Shown one piece after another: positions 19,031-28,175 of a stretch of DNA of 64,000 bases. Position 1 is the stretch's first letter, and each line of letters opens with the position of its first letter. The notes below the pieces were generated by a model. That model was not told the DNA's origin. It saw only the letters and a program-made list of their open reading frames with translations, and did not search any database. A program made the translations under genes and the position numbers. The DNA comes from Dehalococcoidia bacterium (GTDB lineage Bacteria; Chloroflexota; Dehalococcoidia; Dehalococcoidales; RBG-16-60-22): contig JBGLNK010000001.1 of the NCBI GenBank assembly GCA_041300405.1, positions 1,418,545-1,482,544 of the forward strand, read 5' to 3'.

Positions 19031-19238
19031 TTAATTTATAGCCCATTTTTAGTATAAATATTACATTTCTGTTTCTTATTAAGGAACAGTATACAAAAAT
19101 GCCCGGTATTTCTTTATGAAAACATTGCTTTGTCACCGGCGGGAGTCGCAATGTTTATAACGGGAATAGGTATCAAGGCTTTATCAAACCAGCAGGGCAA
19201 GAGGAACTCATCAGGGTGCGGTAATGAATAACAGATGC

Positions 19239-19272
19239 TATTCCCACCCTATTCCCATCGTCCCCTTAGTAA
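19239..19272 (-). pseudogene. remnant of the last ~10 codons of a CoA-transferase paralog
   Basis: Translates TKGTMGIGWE* versus TRGTMGIGWV* at the end of gene 19319-20668. Confidence 0.7.
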
Positions 19273-19321
19273 ATCCCTCTCTAACTCTCCCTTTACGAAA
19301 GGGAGAGGATGATTGTTATTA
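19273..19321. repeat. 49-nt hairpin element between the CoA-transferase gene and its 3' remnant
   Basis: CTCTCCCTTTACGAAAGGGAGAG hairpin. Confidence 0.65.
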
Positions 19322-20668
19322 AACCCACCCTATCCCCATCGTCCCCCTGGTAATGAACCCCGCTTTACAGGCGGCTTTTGTTAAAGAGTCTCTGAAATTC
19401 GGGTGCGCTATAGAGATAAGCGCCTTGGCGCGCTGCCAGACGCTCAGACTTTTAAGATTAACTATACCGTACTCCGTCACGATGTAGGAGACGTCGGAGG
19501 CGGGCACGGTCACCATGTCCCCGATCTCAAGAGTGGGCACGATGCTGGATATTGTTTTGCCGTCTTTACCCCGGCGGGTGGAGTGGACGCAGATAAAGGC
19601 CTTGCCGCCCTCCGCCATGTAAGCGCCGCGCGTAAATTCGAGCTGCCCTCCGGTGCCGCTTATCTGGCGCGTGCCGACCGATTCCGAACAGACCTGTCCG
19701 CGCAAGTCTACCCTTAAAGTGCTGTTGATGGCTATCTGGTTCCTGTTTTTCGCGATGATATACGGGTTGTTGGTATAGTCCACCGGGAAACCGGCGATTG
19801 ACCTGTTCTTATCCATGAACTTGTATAGCTTTTCCGAGCCGGCGGCGAAACAGTGCACCGCCCTGCCAGGATTGAGGCTTTTCTTGCTGCCGGTAACTAC
19901 CCCGGCTTCGATAAGCGCCATCATGCTGTCGTTGAACATCTCGCTGTGGATGCCGAGGTCTTTCAGTCCGTGCTGGATGAGAAGCTTGCCGACGATGCTG
20001 GGTATAGCGCCCACGCCGAGCTGTATCGTGGCGCCGTTTTCTATCTGCTCCGCCAGCAAAGCGGCGATGGCCTCGTCTTCTTTAGTCACGACAGCGGCCG
20101 GGAATACGGGTATTTTATACTCGTAATTTTCCACGATATAATCCACTTGCGAGATATTGACAACATCATCGTGACCGCCGTAAACCCACGGCATATGCTC
20201 GTTCACTTCCAGGACTACAGTTTTAGCGACGTCGCAAGCCGCTTTCTGACGGGTGATGGACACCCCGAAGTTAAAATTACCGCTGTTGTTCATCGGCGTA
20301 ACTTCAATAAAGGTTATGTCAACCTGGTCTTTAAGCCACTGGCGGTACATGCGGGGGCCTTCACCCAGCCCGAATGGTATATAAGAACAAGACCCGTTCT
20401 TACAGTATTCGCGGTCCACTTTTCCTAAAAACCACGAGTTAAAGATAAAATGTTCCTGGGTGGGGTCGACTTTGGGGATAATGGTGTGTGAATGCTCCGC
20501 CCTTATTTTTACTTCCTTAAGCTCGGCGGAGCGTTCGCTCAATTTTTCATCGATTAATGTCGGAAAGCCGCAGATAGCGCCGTAGTCAATCCACATGCCG
20601 GATTTCACCAGCCCGGCGGCTTCTTCAGCGGAAATCAGTTTGCGTTTGTATTCAGCAAGAAAGGTCAT
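19319..20668 (-). CDS. acetyl-CoA hydrolase/transferase family protein (4-hydroxybutyrate CoA-transferase-like)
   Basis: 449 aa; SGTGGQLEF motif and family-typical N- and C-terminal halves. Confidence 0.85.
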   Translation of the reverse strand: MTFLAEYKRKLISAEEAAGLVKSGMWIDYGAICGFPTLIDEKLSERSAELKEVKIRAEHSHTIIPKVDPTQEHFIFNSWFLGKVDREYCKNGSCSYIPFGLGEGPRMYRQWLKDQVDITFIEVTPMNNSGNFNFGVSITRQKAACDVAKTVVLEVNEHMPWVYGGHDDVVNISQVDYIVENYEYKIPVFPAAVVTKEDEAIAALLAEQIENGATIQLGVGAIPSIVGKLLIQHGLKDLGIHSEMFNDSMMALIEAGVVTGSKKSLNPGRAVHCFAAGSEKLYKFMDKNRSIAGFPVDYTNNPYIIAKNRNQIAINSTLRVDLRGQVCSESVGTRQISGTGGQLEFTRGAYMAEGGKAFICVHSTRRGKDGKTISSIVPTLEIGDMVTVPASDVSYIVTEYGIVNLKSLSVWQRAKALISIAHPNFRDSLTKAACKAGFITRGTMGIGWV

Positions 20669-20699
20669 GTTGTTCCTTTAAGTTCAGATAAAAAAATTT

Positions 20700-20830
20700 A
20701 AAACTATGTGAAACAGACCATTTCCTCTCCCCTATGCGGGAGAGGATTAAGATGAGGGGGCTAATCAGGTGGTTTTCTCTCATTTCACCCTCACCCTACC
20801 CTCCCCTCAAGGGAGAGGAGATTAAATTTT
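20700..20830. repeat. intergenic hairpin repeats
   Basis: CCTCTCCCCTATGCGGGAGAGG and CCCTCCCCTCAAGGGAGAGGAG hairpins. Confidence 0.6.
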
Positions 20831-20872
20831 GTTCTCTTACACGAATACCACAACTGTAATGTTCTGAGAAGT

Positions 20873-21091
20873 TTATTTTAAATGCTTATTTTCAATTTCC
20901 TTTATCTTGTTAACGCGGGCGAGGTGCCTTCCGCCTTCGAACTCGGTGGTCAGGAAAGTTTCAACGATAGAAGGGACACGCGCCTGACCTTCTTCAGCAG
21001 AAAGGCAGCATATCTGCGCATCATTATGGAGGATGCTGAAATAAAAGTCGCTTTGCAGACAATCTTTCACGAAATTAAATTCCCTTCGCAT
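20873..21091 (-). CDS. hypothetical small protein (strand uncertain)
   Basis: 72-aa ORF in AT-rich DNA fully overlapped by an 80-aa plus-strand ORF (20882-21124); neither has a clear RBS. Confidence 0.25.
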   Translation of the reverse strand: MRREFNFVKDCLQSDFYFSILHNDAQICCLSAEEGQARVPSIVETFLTTEFEGGRHLARVNKIKEIENKHLK

Positions 21092-21125
21092 ATACTTTTA
21101 CCGATAATCCCGAAGGAGGCATAGG

Positions 21126-22493
21126 ATAATAGTCACACAAGCTTTAGCCAAAAATATTGTCAATACAAACTACAATGACCTTCCTGATAAAGTGAGGGAA
21201 GTTACAAAAAGAAGCATCCTTGACACACTGGGGGTTATACTCCCGGCGACAACTTTGGAAAAGGCATGCATTTCAATTTACGAGTTGGCAAAGGAGGCGG
21301 GCGGCAAGGAAGAGAGTACCCTGCTGGGTTTTGGAGGTAAAATCCCTTGCTGGATGGCGGCTTTTGTCAACGGCTCATGTGCCCACGCCCTTGATTTTGA
21401 TGACTGTATAGTCGGGGAAAATCCAATACATCATCCCACTGCATCTACTTTCCCTGCAGCTCTGGCTGTCGCTGAGAAGATAGGGGGAGTGAGCGGCAAA
21501 GACTTTATTACCGCCGTCGCTTTAGGTAATGACCTGAGCATTAGAATAGCCTCGGGTCCCACAGGCAACACAATGATGGATTACCCTTTCTTCCCTGTTA
21601 GCACATTTGGCATCTTCAGTGCTGCGGCAGCATCCGGAAAACTGCTCAAACTATCCGAAGTAAAGATGTTAAATGCTCTAGGATTAGCTTTACACAGAGT
21701 TGGCGGTACCAATAATGCGGTGTTTGCACCTGATTCAGATGTAAGAGCAATTAGAGATGGTTTTACCAATCAAGAAGGTGTTATTTCAGCGCTTATGGCC
21801 AGCAAAGGAATAGCTGCGTGTAAAGACGCTATCGAACAGCTTTTTAAAGTCTATTACAACGACAGGTATAATCCCGAGCCTCTTACTTCAGATTTAGGAA
21901 AGAAATTTAGAGGATCTGAAACCGAATATAAAATCTGGCCGTCTTGCGGTCAAACCCACAATTATATTCAGGCTGCGTTAAATATCGCCAAAGAATATGA
22001 TATAAAGCCGGACGACGTTGAAGAGGTCATTATTACCGGAAGCCAAGATGGCGCACTGCATTCCAAACTTCCTGAAGCGGCGAGCCCGACCACAAGTATC
22101 GCCGCCAAGTTCTCGATTCCTTTTTGTGTCGCGGTGGCGCTTGTGAAACGGAGTGTAACAATCAGTGATTTTTTACCTCGGAATCTGGCATCCCCGGATG
22201 TCATAAGAATAGCCCAAAAAACGAAATTCAAGTTAGATCCGACCTTTGGATCTTTTACACGTGCCATCGTCGAAGTCAGAACAAGGGGAGGCGGACACTA
22301 TTCCTTCGACCTCAATAATACGAAACGGGAAAAAACAGGTGTTAACTTAGAAGATCTAATAACCAAATTCAATGATTGCGCCGGTTACTCTAAGAAGAAT
22401 CTTTCACAGGCAAGAATAAAAAAGCTGATTAACACAATCCTTCATCTGGAAAACGTGAATGATATGGGAGAAATTACAGATATTTTAGCCTGA
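21126..22493 (+). CDS. MmgE/PrpD family protein, low-GC paralog; no canonical start codon for the conserved N-terminus
   Basis: AAGGAGG (21113-21119) then ATA ATA GTC...; in-frame IIVTQALAKNIVNTNYNDLPDK is the typical PrpD N-terminal helix; first canonical start is GTG 21192. Confidence 0.75.
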   Translation: MIVTQALAKNIVNTNYNDLPDKVREVTKRSILDTLGVILPATTLEKACISIYELAKEAGGKEESTLLGFGGKIPCWMAAFVNGSCAHALDFDDCIVGENPIHHPTASTFPAALAVAEKIGGVSGKDFITAVALGNDLSIRIASGPTGNTMMDYPFFPVSTFGIFSAAAASGKLLKLSEVKMLNALGLALHRVGGTNNAVFAPDSDVRAIRDGFTNQEGVISALMASKGIAACKDAIEQLFKVYYNDRYNPEPLTSDLGKKFRGSETEYKIWPSCGQTHNYIQAALNIAKEYDIKPDDVEEVIITGSQDGALHSKLPEAASPTTSIAAKFSIPFCVAVALVKRSVTISDFLPRNLASPDVIRIAQKTKFKLDPTFGSFTRAIVEVRTRGGGHYSFDLNNTKREKTGVNLEDLITKFNDCAGYSKKNLSQARIKKLINTILHLENVNDMGEITDILA

Positions 22494-22634
22494 GAAACCT
22501 ATCTTTTATTGAATTAATGGCACCACTCTTAAGAATAAAATTTATTATTACCCGAGCAGAGATTTACTAACCCTTAATAACAATATATTTTATATAATTT
22601 ATTGTGATAGAAAAAAACTTATCAGGAAGTATTC

Positions 22635-23876
22635 ATGACGGACTGTTTAATTTACACTAAAGAAGAACAGAAGATGCTGGCACATTGGGATACAATTGAA
22701 AAAGAAGTCGGGTGGCTGGGAGATGACCCTGTTCCAGGTAAAATCACATATGCAGTATGTAATCGGGTGGCTACTAAAGACCTGATTTTAAATAGGGCTA
22801 ATAGCATCAATGATCCTAATCCTTTATGCCGGAATGACAAATATGCCCGTCAAACAAGATGGGGTTCCATCATAGCGCCGCCCTTTTTTGAATTGGTTAT
22901 TACGTTTCAAGGGCCGATAAACTTTAGGCCGATACCTCCTGAAGTCGGCATAGCCAGGGGGATGATGGGTTCAGGAACGCCGGGGAAAGAACAATCGGTA
23001 ATCTGGACTTATCTTCCACACTGGGAATTTTTCAAGCCGATACGCCCAGGTGATTCTTTCCGCGTTTGGTACGGTCCCAACAACCACATAGATAAAACCA
23101 GTCCGGATGGGAAAGGACCGCGCATTTTCCTGCTCCATGACCAGTTAAAATATTTTAATCAGAAGGGTGAACTCGTTGCCATTAAGCACAAAAGAAATTC
23201 GTATTATATAGTTGCACCGGAAGAACGGCAAAGGACAGCCCCTTCGATAAAACCCATGCCAAAGTTGGAGCCGTATAAATATACTCAACAAGAGCTTGAT
23301 TTTATAGATCGTGTCCGTGAAAACGAGATAATACGAGGCTCCAGGATACGCTGGTGGGAGGATGTCAAGACAGGGGAAGACCTGCAACCTGTTACTAATG
23401 GCCCAACCAATCTGTGGGACCAGGCCATAGATATAATAAGTTTGGGAACCACTCCTATTGAAGGGAAACAAGGTATTCCGCCTCATGTACCTATACTAGA
23501 TCCGGAAACCGGTGTCTGGCACAACCCTTCTGAGACCCATCTGTCAGATAGGGTAGCTCAATTACAAAACTTCCCCCAGGCTTACACAATGATGAGCTTA
23601 TGGGAGGCTCTGCTGGGCCGAATAATAACGAACTGGATGGGAGATGACGGTTTTTTAAAGAAAACCGCGTTTGACCGGTTTGAAAATGATATTTTTGGCG
23701 ATACTGTCATCGGCCGGGGCAAAGTGATAAAAAAATATATTCTGGACAACGGCGAGCACGTGGTTGACATTTCCTGCTGGCTGGAGAACATGCGGGGCTA
23801 TATTACCAAGGCTGGGACGGCTACGGTAAGCCTATTATCCAGGGAAAGTATCGATGATGACTTAATGCGCTATTAA
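22635..23876 (+). CDS. double hot-dog fold (MaoC/FAS1-like) dehydratase/hydratase
   Basis: N-terminal half NPLCRNDKYARQTRWGSIIAPPFF (MaoC N-terminal type); C-terminal half FGDTVIGRGKVIKK...VVDISCWLENMRG (MaoC type). Confidence 0.7.
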   Translation: MTDCLIYTKEEQKMLAHWDTIEKEVGWLGDDPVPGKITYAVCNRVATKDLILNRANSINDPNPLCRNDKYARQTRWGSIIAPPFFELVITFQGPINFRPIPPEVGIARGMMGSGTPGKEQSVIWTYLPHWEFFKPIRPGDSFRVWYGPNNHIDKTSPDGKGPRIFLLHDQLKYFNQKGELVAIKHKRNSYYIVAPEERQRTAPSIKPMPKLEPYKYTQQELDFIDRVRENEIIRGSRIRWWEDVKTGEDLQPVTNGPTNLWDQAIDIISLGTTPIEGKQGIPPHVPILDPETGVWHNPSETHLSDRVAQLQNFPQAYTMMSLWEALLGRIITNWMGDDGFLKKTAFDRFENDIFGDTVIGRGKVIKKYILDNGEHVVDISCWLENMRGYITKAGTATVSLLSRESIDDDLMRY

Positions 23877-23910
23877 ATTATCCGCGTATTTACTATCAGG
23901 GAGTTGTAGC

Positions 23911-24123
23911 ATGAGTAATGTTAAAGTAGGTGAAAAGATTAGAATAAAAAACCGGCCTGATTGGCCTTCGCCTCCAGGATATCAACTGGCTAATTCTGAA
24001 GGTGATGTTATTTCGATTATGCAGGAGGAGGGGTTTGTGACGATTCGATTGGTAAAAACCAGCACGGCCATACCAAAAGACACATGCCTGACTCTAAGAT
24101 TAGAGAATATAGAGAACAAATAA
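23911..24123 (+). CDS. small hypothetical protein (70 aa)
   Basis: GGGAG RBS, 34 nt after the previous gene, same strand and composition as neighbours. Confidence 0.45.
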   Translation: MSNVKVGEKIRIKNRPDWPSPPGYQLANSEGDVISIMQEEGFVTIRLVKTSTAIPKDTCLTLRLENIENK

Positions 24124-24218
24124 CTCTACCTGAAGCAAGAGAAGTTCGCTTGTTAACTTTGCAATGATATGCTTTCGAAACCGATAACAGACATAATCTT
24201 ACCAAAAGGAGTGAGCAC

Positions 24219-25058
24219 ATGAATAATAAACCGATTGTAGACCCGACTTTCGACCTGACACCCATGGGACCTGCAAAGCTTTTTGACAATTTCTATTATG
24301 TTGGTACGCAATCTGTAGGCTCATTCATAATCGATACCAAAGATGGAATAATTATGATTGATACCGGTTGGGGAGGACCGGATTGCAGTCTAATCGTGAA
24401 TGATATAAAAAAACTAGGTCTCAATCCGGGTAACATCAAATTGATATTAATATCCCATGAACACCTGGATCACTTCGGTGGAGTCCCCTACTTGAAGAAA
24501 AATGTTTGTCCTGAAGCTAAAGTTGCGATGAGTACGATAGGCTGGAATTATTTACAAGCCACACCGGCTGAGCCGCAGGGAAGACCTTACAGCAATCCGA
24601 GGCCTCAATCGATCGACATATTTTTAAAAGATAGACAGAAGATAACAATGGGTAATATTGTTGTCCAGATAATTTCCACCCCCGGTCATAGCTGGGGATG
24701 TGTTTCATTTATCGTTCCGGTAACCGATAACGGGAAACCTCATATGGCAGGTATTATGGGCGGTACGGTTCTTAGTCCTGACTGGAATAACGCCTATCAT
24801 TACAAAGCTTCAATAGAATATTTTAAAATATTTACCCGTAAATCCAAATGTGATGTCGGGCTGGGAGTTCATTTCTCGGGTTATGAAGCAAAGTTAATTG
24901 CGCTTCAGGCCAGAAAGCCCGGGGAAGCTAATCCATTCGTGATCGGCACAGAAAAGTTCGAATCCGTATATCTGCAGCAATATAGAGACAGATTTGAGTC
25001 TGCCCTCAAGCAAATGTCGCCTGAAGTATTTCCTCCTGCTCCTCCCTGGATAAAGTAG
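24219..25058 (+). CDS. MBL-fold metallo-hydrolase
   Basis: HEHLDHFGG (HxHxDH) motif; AAGGAG RBS. Confidence 0.8.
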   Translation: MNNKPIVDPTFDLTPMGPAKLFDNFYYVGTQSVGSFIIDTKDGIIMIDTGWGGPDCSLIVNDIKKLGLNPGNIKLILISHEHLDHFGGVPYLKKNVCPEAKVAMSTIGWNYLQATPAEPQGRPYSNPRPQSIDIFLKDRQKITMGNIVVQIISTPGHSWGCVSFIVPVTDNGKPHMAGIMGGTVLSPDWNNAYHYKASIEYFKIFTRKSKCDVGLGVHFSGYEAKLIALQARKPGEANPFVIGTEKFESVYLQQYRDRFESALKQMSPEVFPPAPPWIK

Positions 25059-25158
25059 ATTCGATAGGCTGTATTGGATTGGAGTGTATAAATCAAATAT
25101 GAAGCCCTGTATAAATCCTGATGTTATCTAATCCTCACGTGCATAGTAGCCGTGTATA

Positions 25159-25407
25159 TTACTTATTATTTTTTCTGGATGCGTTGCGCTTCTTTTCAGA
25201 GGTAGCCTTCCCTGTTACGGGGTGTTTGAAATGAAACGGAACGATGTAGCCCGTCCCGTACGAGGGGTCAACGTCCTGGGGGAGATCCGGGTAAAATGGC
25301 GCTATTTTCCTGGGGTCTCTAGCGGCGACGCGTTCTGGTTTTACCCACCCTTGCCCGGGAGCGAACGACAAATCGCGATTAAACTGACATGTCTTGATTT
25401 TCCACAC
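25159..25407 (-). CDS. hypothetical protein with Lys-rich tail (weak call)
   Basis: 82-aa ORF, no motif recognised. Confidence 0.25.
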   Translation of the reverse strand: MWKIKTCQFNRDLSFAPGQGWVKPERVAARDPRKIAPFYPDLPQDVDPSYGTGYIVPFHFKHPVTGKATSEKKRNASRKNNK

Positions 25408-25646
25408 GCCATCCTCTTTACTTTTAAGCTCTGGGTAGACATGAAACGGCTGAAAATATATACGTTGCCGCTCGTGATTTTGGCTCTGTTCCTTTCATCG
25501 CTTGTTGCGGCTTGCGGTGACCCCGCCGCTCCAATCTGCATATTCCGGTACGGCGGAGCCGCAGTTCCGGTGGGTAGTGAGCCAGTGTTCCGGTAACTGC
25601 GGAGCCACCGTTCCGGTTATGAGATCCACACAGGGTTATTAGATTA

Positions 25647-26399
25647 TTATTCCTTTATTCCGTAGACTTCTCTCATGGATGGTTCATTTCCATCGCAATG
25701 GATTTCAATAGTATAAGAGTCGTACACGATTCGATCAAGGATAGCATCCGCCAGTGTCGCTTCACCGATCTTGGCGTGCCAGCCAGCCGGCGCAAACTGG
25801 GAACAGAAGATGGTAGACGCTCTCTTGTGCCGGCTGTGAATAATCTCAAGCAGGTCCCTCGCCTCGCTTTCTCTTAATGATACGAGCATCCATTCGTCCA
25901 GGATAAGCAGATTGATCTTCTGGTACTGGGCGAGCAGTTTCTTGATGGTACCTTCACCCCGGGCAATAGCCAGGTCGGTGAGTAAATCAGGCAGACGGAT
26001 ATACCTGGCGGAGTAAAACTTCTTACACGCCTCCATGCCCAGGGCGCAACAGATGTATGATTTCCCGGACCCGGTCGCGCCCATGATGATCACATTATGT
26101 TTTTCTTCGATGTAGGTACAGGCAGCAAGCCTGACGATCAGTGCCTGGTCAAGTTTTCGCTGGGCCATATAGTTAATATCGGCAATGTGAGCTTGAGGCT
26201 GATCGAATTTCGCGGTTTGTATGAGTTTTTTCAACCGGTTATTCTTCCGGCTGGTCCACTCGATATCGGTAAGCAGCCCGAGACGCTCTTCAAAGGACAG
26301 GCTCATCATATCCGGTACCTTTAGCTGTTCACGGAAAGCGCTGGCCATGGCGGTAAGCCGCATTTCTATCAGTTTCCCGATCGTTTCTTCGTTTGTCAT
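25647..26399 (-). CDS. istB: IS21 helper ATPase IstB
   Basis: Walker A GATGSGKSY, DEW Walker B, 4-nt ATGA overlap with istA. Confidence 0.9.
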   Translation of the reverse strand: MTNEETIGKLIEMRLTAMASAFREQLKVPDMMSLSFEERLGLLTDIEWTSRKNNRLKKLIQTAKFDQPQAHIADINYMAQRKLDQALIVRLAACTYIEEKHNVIIMGATGSGKSYICCALGMEACKKFYSARYIRLPDLLTDLAIARGEGTIKKLLAQYQKINLLILDEWMLVSLRESEARDLLEIIHSRHKRASTIFCSQFAPAGWHAKIGEATLADAILDRIVYDSYTIEIHCDGNEPSMREVYGIKE

Positions 26400-27940
26400 C
26401 TCGTTTTCCTCTCATAGTATTCGGCTCCACGGGTAAATCCATAAGGTGTTGCAGTACCGGGAGTAACCGGTTCGGAGTGACTCTCGATCTTATCCTGCCC
26501 GGTAGACAGAATTGTCTTTACGCTCTTGTAGCTGGGTACCGGCGTGTAAAACAGCGCCTTTTTGCAGGCAGCCTCCAGTCTGATCACCGAGTATTTGTCC
26601 GCCAGTTTGATGAGCGACAGGCAGCTTTTATACCCCTGCTGCTCTACCTTGTGAGACGACAGTATTGCCTTAACCGTCGTTTCCGTATTCGGGCCGATTT
26701 TCCTCGCCCAGTTGATAAACCGGTCGGCATTCCACTGGACATAGGCCTGGTGATCGGGCGGCATATGGGCTTCCATGGTACTGTACTGACCGGGGTAGCC
26801 GTATAACCGGGGATGGGAGCAGATACGATGATTATTGAAGAAGACTTCGATAACCTGCCTGGTTATCCGTACATCTACCTTGCGCTTGATATACTCGTAG
26901 GGCACCGAGTAATTCATCTTGTCTACGGTTATGTGGTAATTCAACTGGACGGTGGCGATTTTCCATGTCGCCAGCTCATACGGTGTACTGGGAAGCGGCT
27001 GCAGGAAAGGGTTTTCCTGCTCAAGGAACAGGCTAAGTCTGCTGCCTTCTTTCTTCTGGAACGGCTTTCGATTAAAGGCATCAAGTTTCTCTCGAATAGC
27101 CTGGTTTAGTGCTGGAAGACTAAAATATTTCTGATTGCGTAGGACGGCGATGATCCAGGTGGAGATATTACCGACTGTTCCTTCCGCGTTCGGCTTGTCT
27201 TTGGGTTTCCTGACGCGAGCCGGTACTACTGCCGTATCATAGTGCTCGGCCATCTCGTGGTAGACCTTGTTGATCGTCGGACTGTACCAGTCCGTCCGCA
27301 CCACTCCGGTCTTCAGGTTATCCGGCACCAGCAGCTTGCTGACTCCGCCATAGAAACGGTACATATTGACATGGGCGGCAATCCAGCATTCCTGGTCCCG
27401 GGCGAGGAAAGCTTCGACATAGGCATACTGGCTGTAGGAAAGAACCGCCACAAACACGTAGACGGGAATTATCTCGCCTGTTTCGTCATTGATAATAGCC
27501 GCTGTCTGTCCGGCCCAGTCGACTTCGATCTGCTCTCCCGGTTTACGCTGGATGTGCATGGTCGCCCGTTGGGTTTGTGCATACTGCTGATAGTGATAGC
27601 AAAACTGGGAGTACATCAGTGGCTGCTCGTTACTCAACCGGCAACTGGTACAATACTCGGTCCAGAGCAGCCTGAGTGTTACCCCGGATTTAGCCATCTC
27701 CTTATGGATGTACTCCAGATCCGGCTGCCGGCGTGATACAGGTGGTGTCGAGTCGGGGAAAAGCAGTTTCTCCAGGTCGCCGTCCGTCAGATCATCCTTC
27801 AGCGGCCATTCGATACTCGTTTCCTTTGCCCGTGCCAGCACTCTTTTCACTGTATTCCGTGAGCACTGGCAGCTTGCGGCAATCCCGCGCTGACTGATCC
27901 CCCGGCTGTGAAGCCGGAGAATCTCCCGATAGTTGGTCAT
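26396..27940 (-). CDS. istA: IS21 transposase IstA
   Basis: 514 aa, N-terminal HTH (GISQRGIAASCQCSRNTVKR) and DDE core typical of IstA. Confidence 0.9.
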   Translation of the reverse strand: MTNYREILRLHSRGISQRGIAASCQCSRNTVKRVLARAKETSIEWPLKDDLTDGDLEKLLFPDSTPPVSRRQPDLEYIHKEMAKSGVTLRLLWTEYCTSCRLSNEQPLMYSQFCYHYQQYAQTQRATMHIQRKPGEQIEVDWAGQTAAIINDETGEIIPVYVFVAVLSYSQYAYVEAFLARDQECWIAAHVNMYRFYGGVSKLLVPDNLKTGVVRTDWYSPTINKVYHEMAEHYDTAVVPARVRKPKDKPNAEGTVGNISTWIIAVLRNQKYFSLPALNQAIREKLDAFNRKPFQKKEGSRLSLFLEQENPFLQPLPSTPYELATWKIATVQLNYHITVDKMNYSVPYEYIKRKVDVRITRQVIEVFFNNHRICSHPRLYGYPGQYSTMEAHMPPDHQAYVQWNADRFINWARKIGPNTETTVKAILSSHKVEQQGYKSCLSLIKLADKYSVIRLEAACKKALFYTPVPSYKSVKTILSTGQDKIESHSEPVTPGTATPYGFTRGAEYYERKTR

Positions 27941-28175
27941 TTATTGACCCTCCTTAAAATATATTTATGCCATTAAGCACAAACACATTCTAAGGAAAGT
28001 CGCCAGGTGGGTGGCTCTCTGCCCCGGAAGGGTGGCTCCCATCCGCCGGAACCGTGGCTCTCAAACTCCGGAACTATGGCTCAATTTGGTCCGGAATATT
28101 CATCTGAATAAGCCTTCCATATTTTCTTGAGTCTAGTTTACGACCTGGAAAAACAGGTTTATAAATGCTTCTTCA

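Larger units (their letters stand above)
25537..28102 (-). mobile_element. IS21-family insertion sequence, apparently intact (2566 bp)
   Basis: Termini TGCATATTCCGG / CCGGAATATTCA (11 of 12 inverted match, TG..CA); four CCGGAA-N-GTGGCTC-type subterminal repeats at 22-23 nt spacing at each end; istA and istB inside. Confidence 0.9.

Noticed and set aside
25222-25596. ORF containing a convincing lipoprotein-like signal (MKRLKIYTLPLVILALFLSSLVAACG) that appears interrupted by IS21
   Set aside because: Removing the IS does not restore a gene, because the frame hits a stop almost immediately in the right flank. The ORF's tail is IS21 terminal-repeat sequence, so there is no evidence for a real disrupted gene.
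27990-28102. Regularly spaced ~15-nt repeats (CCGGAA..GTGGCTC every 22-23 nt) that look superficially CRISPR-like, mirrored at 25537-25620
   Set aside because: The period is far too short for repeat-spacer units. The repeats sit in inverted orientation at the two ends of an istA/istB element, so they are IS21 subterminal transposase-binding repeats.
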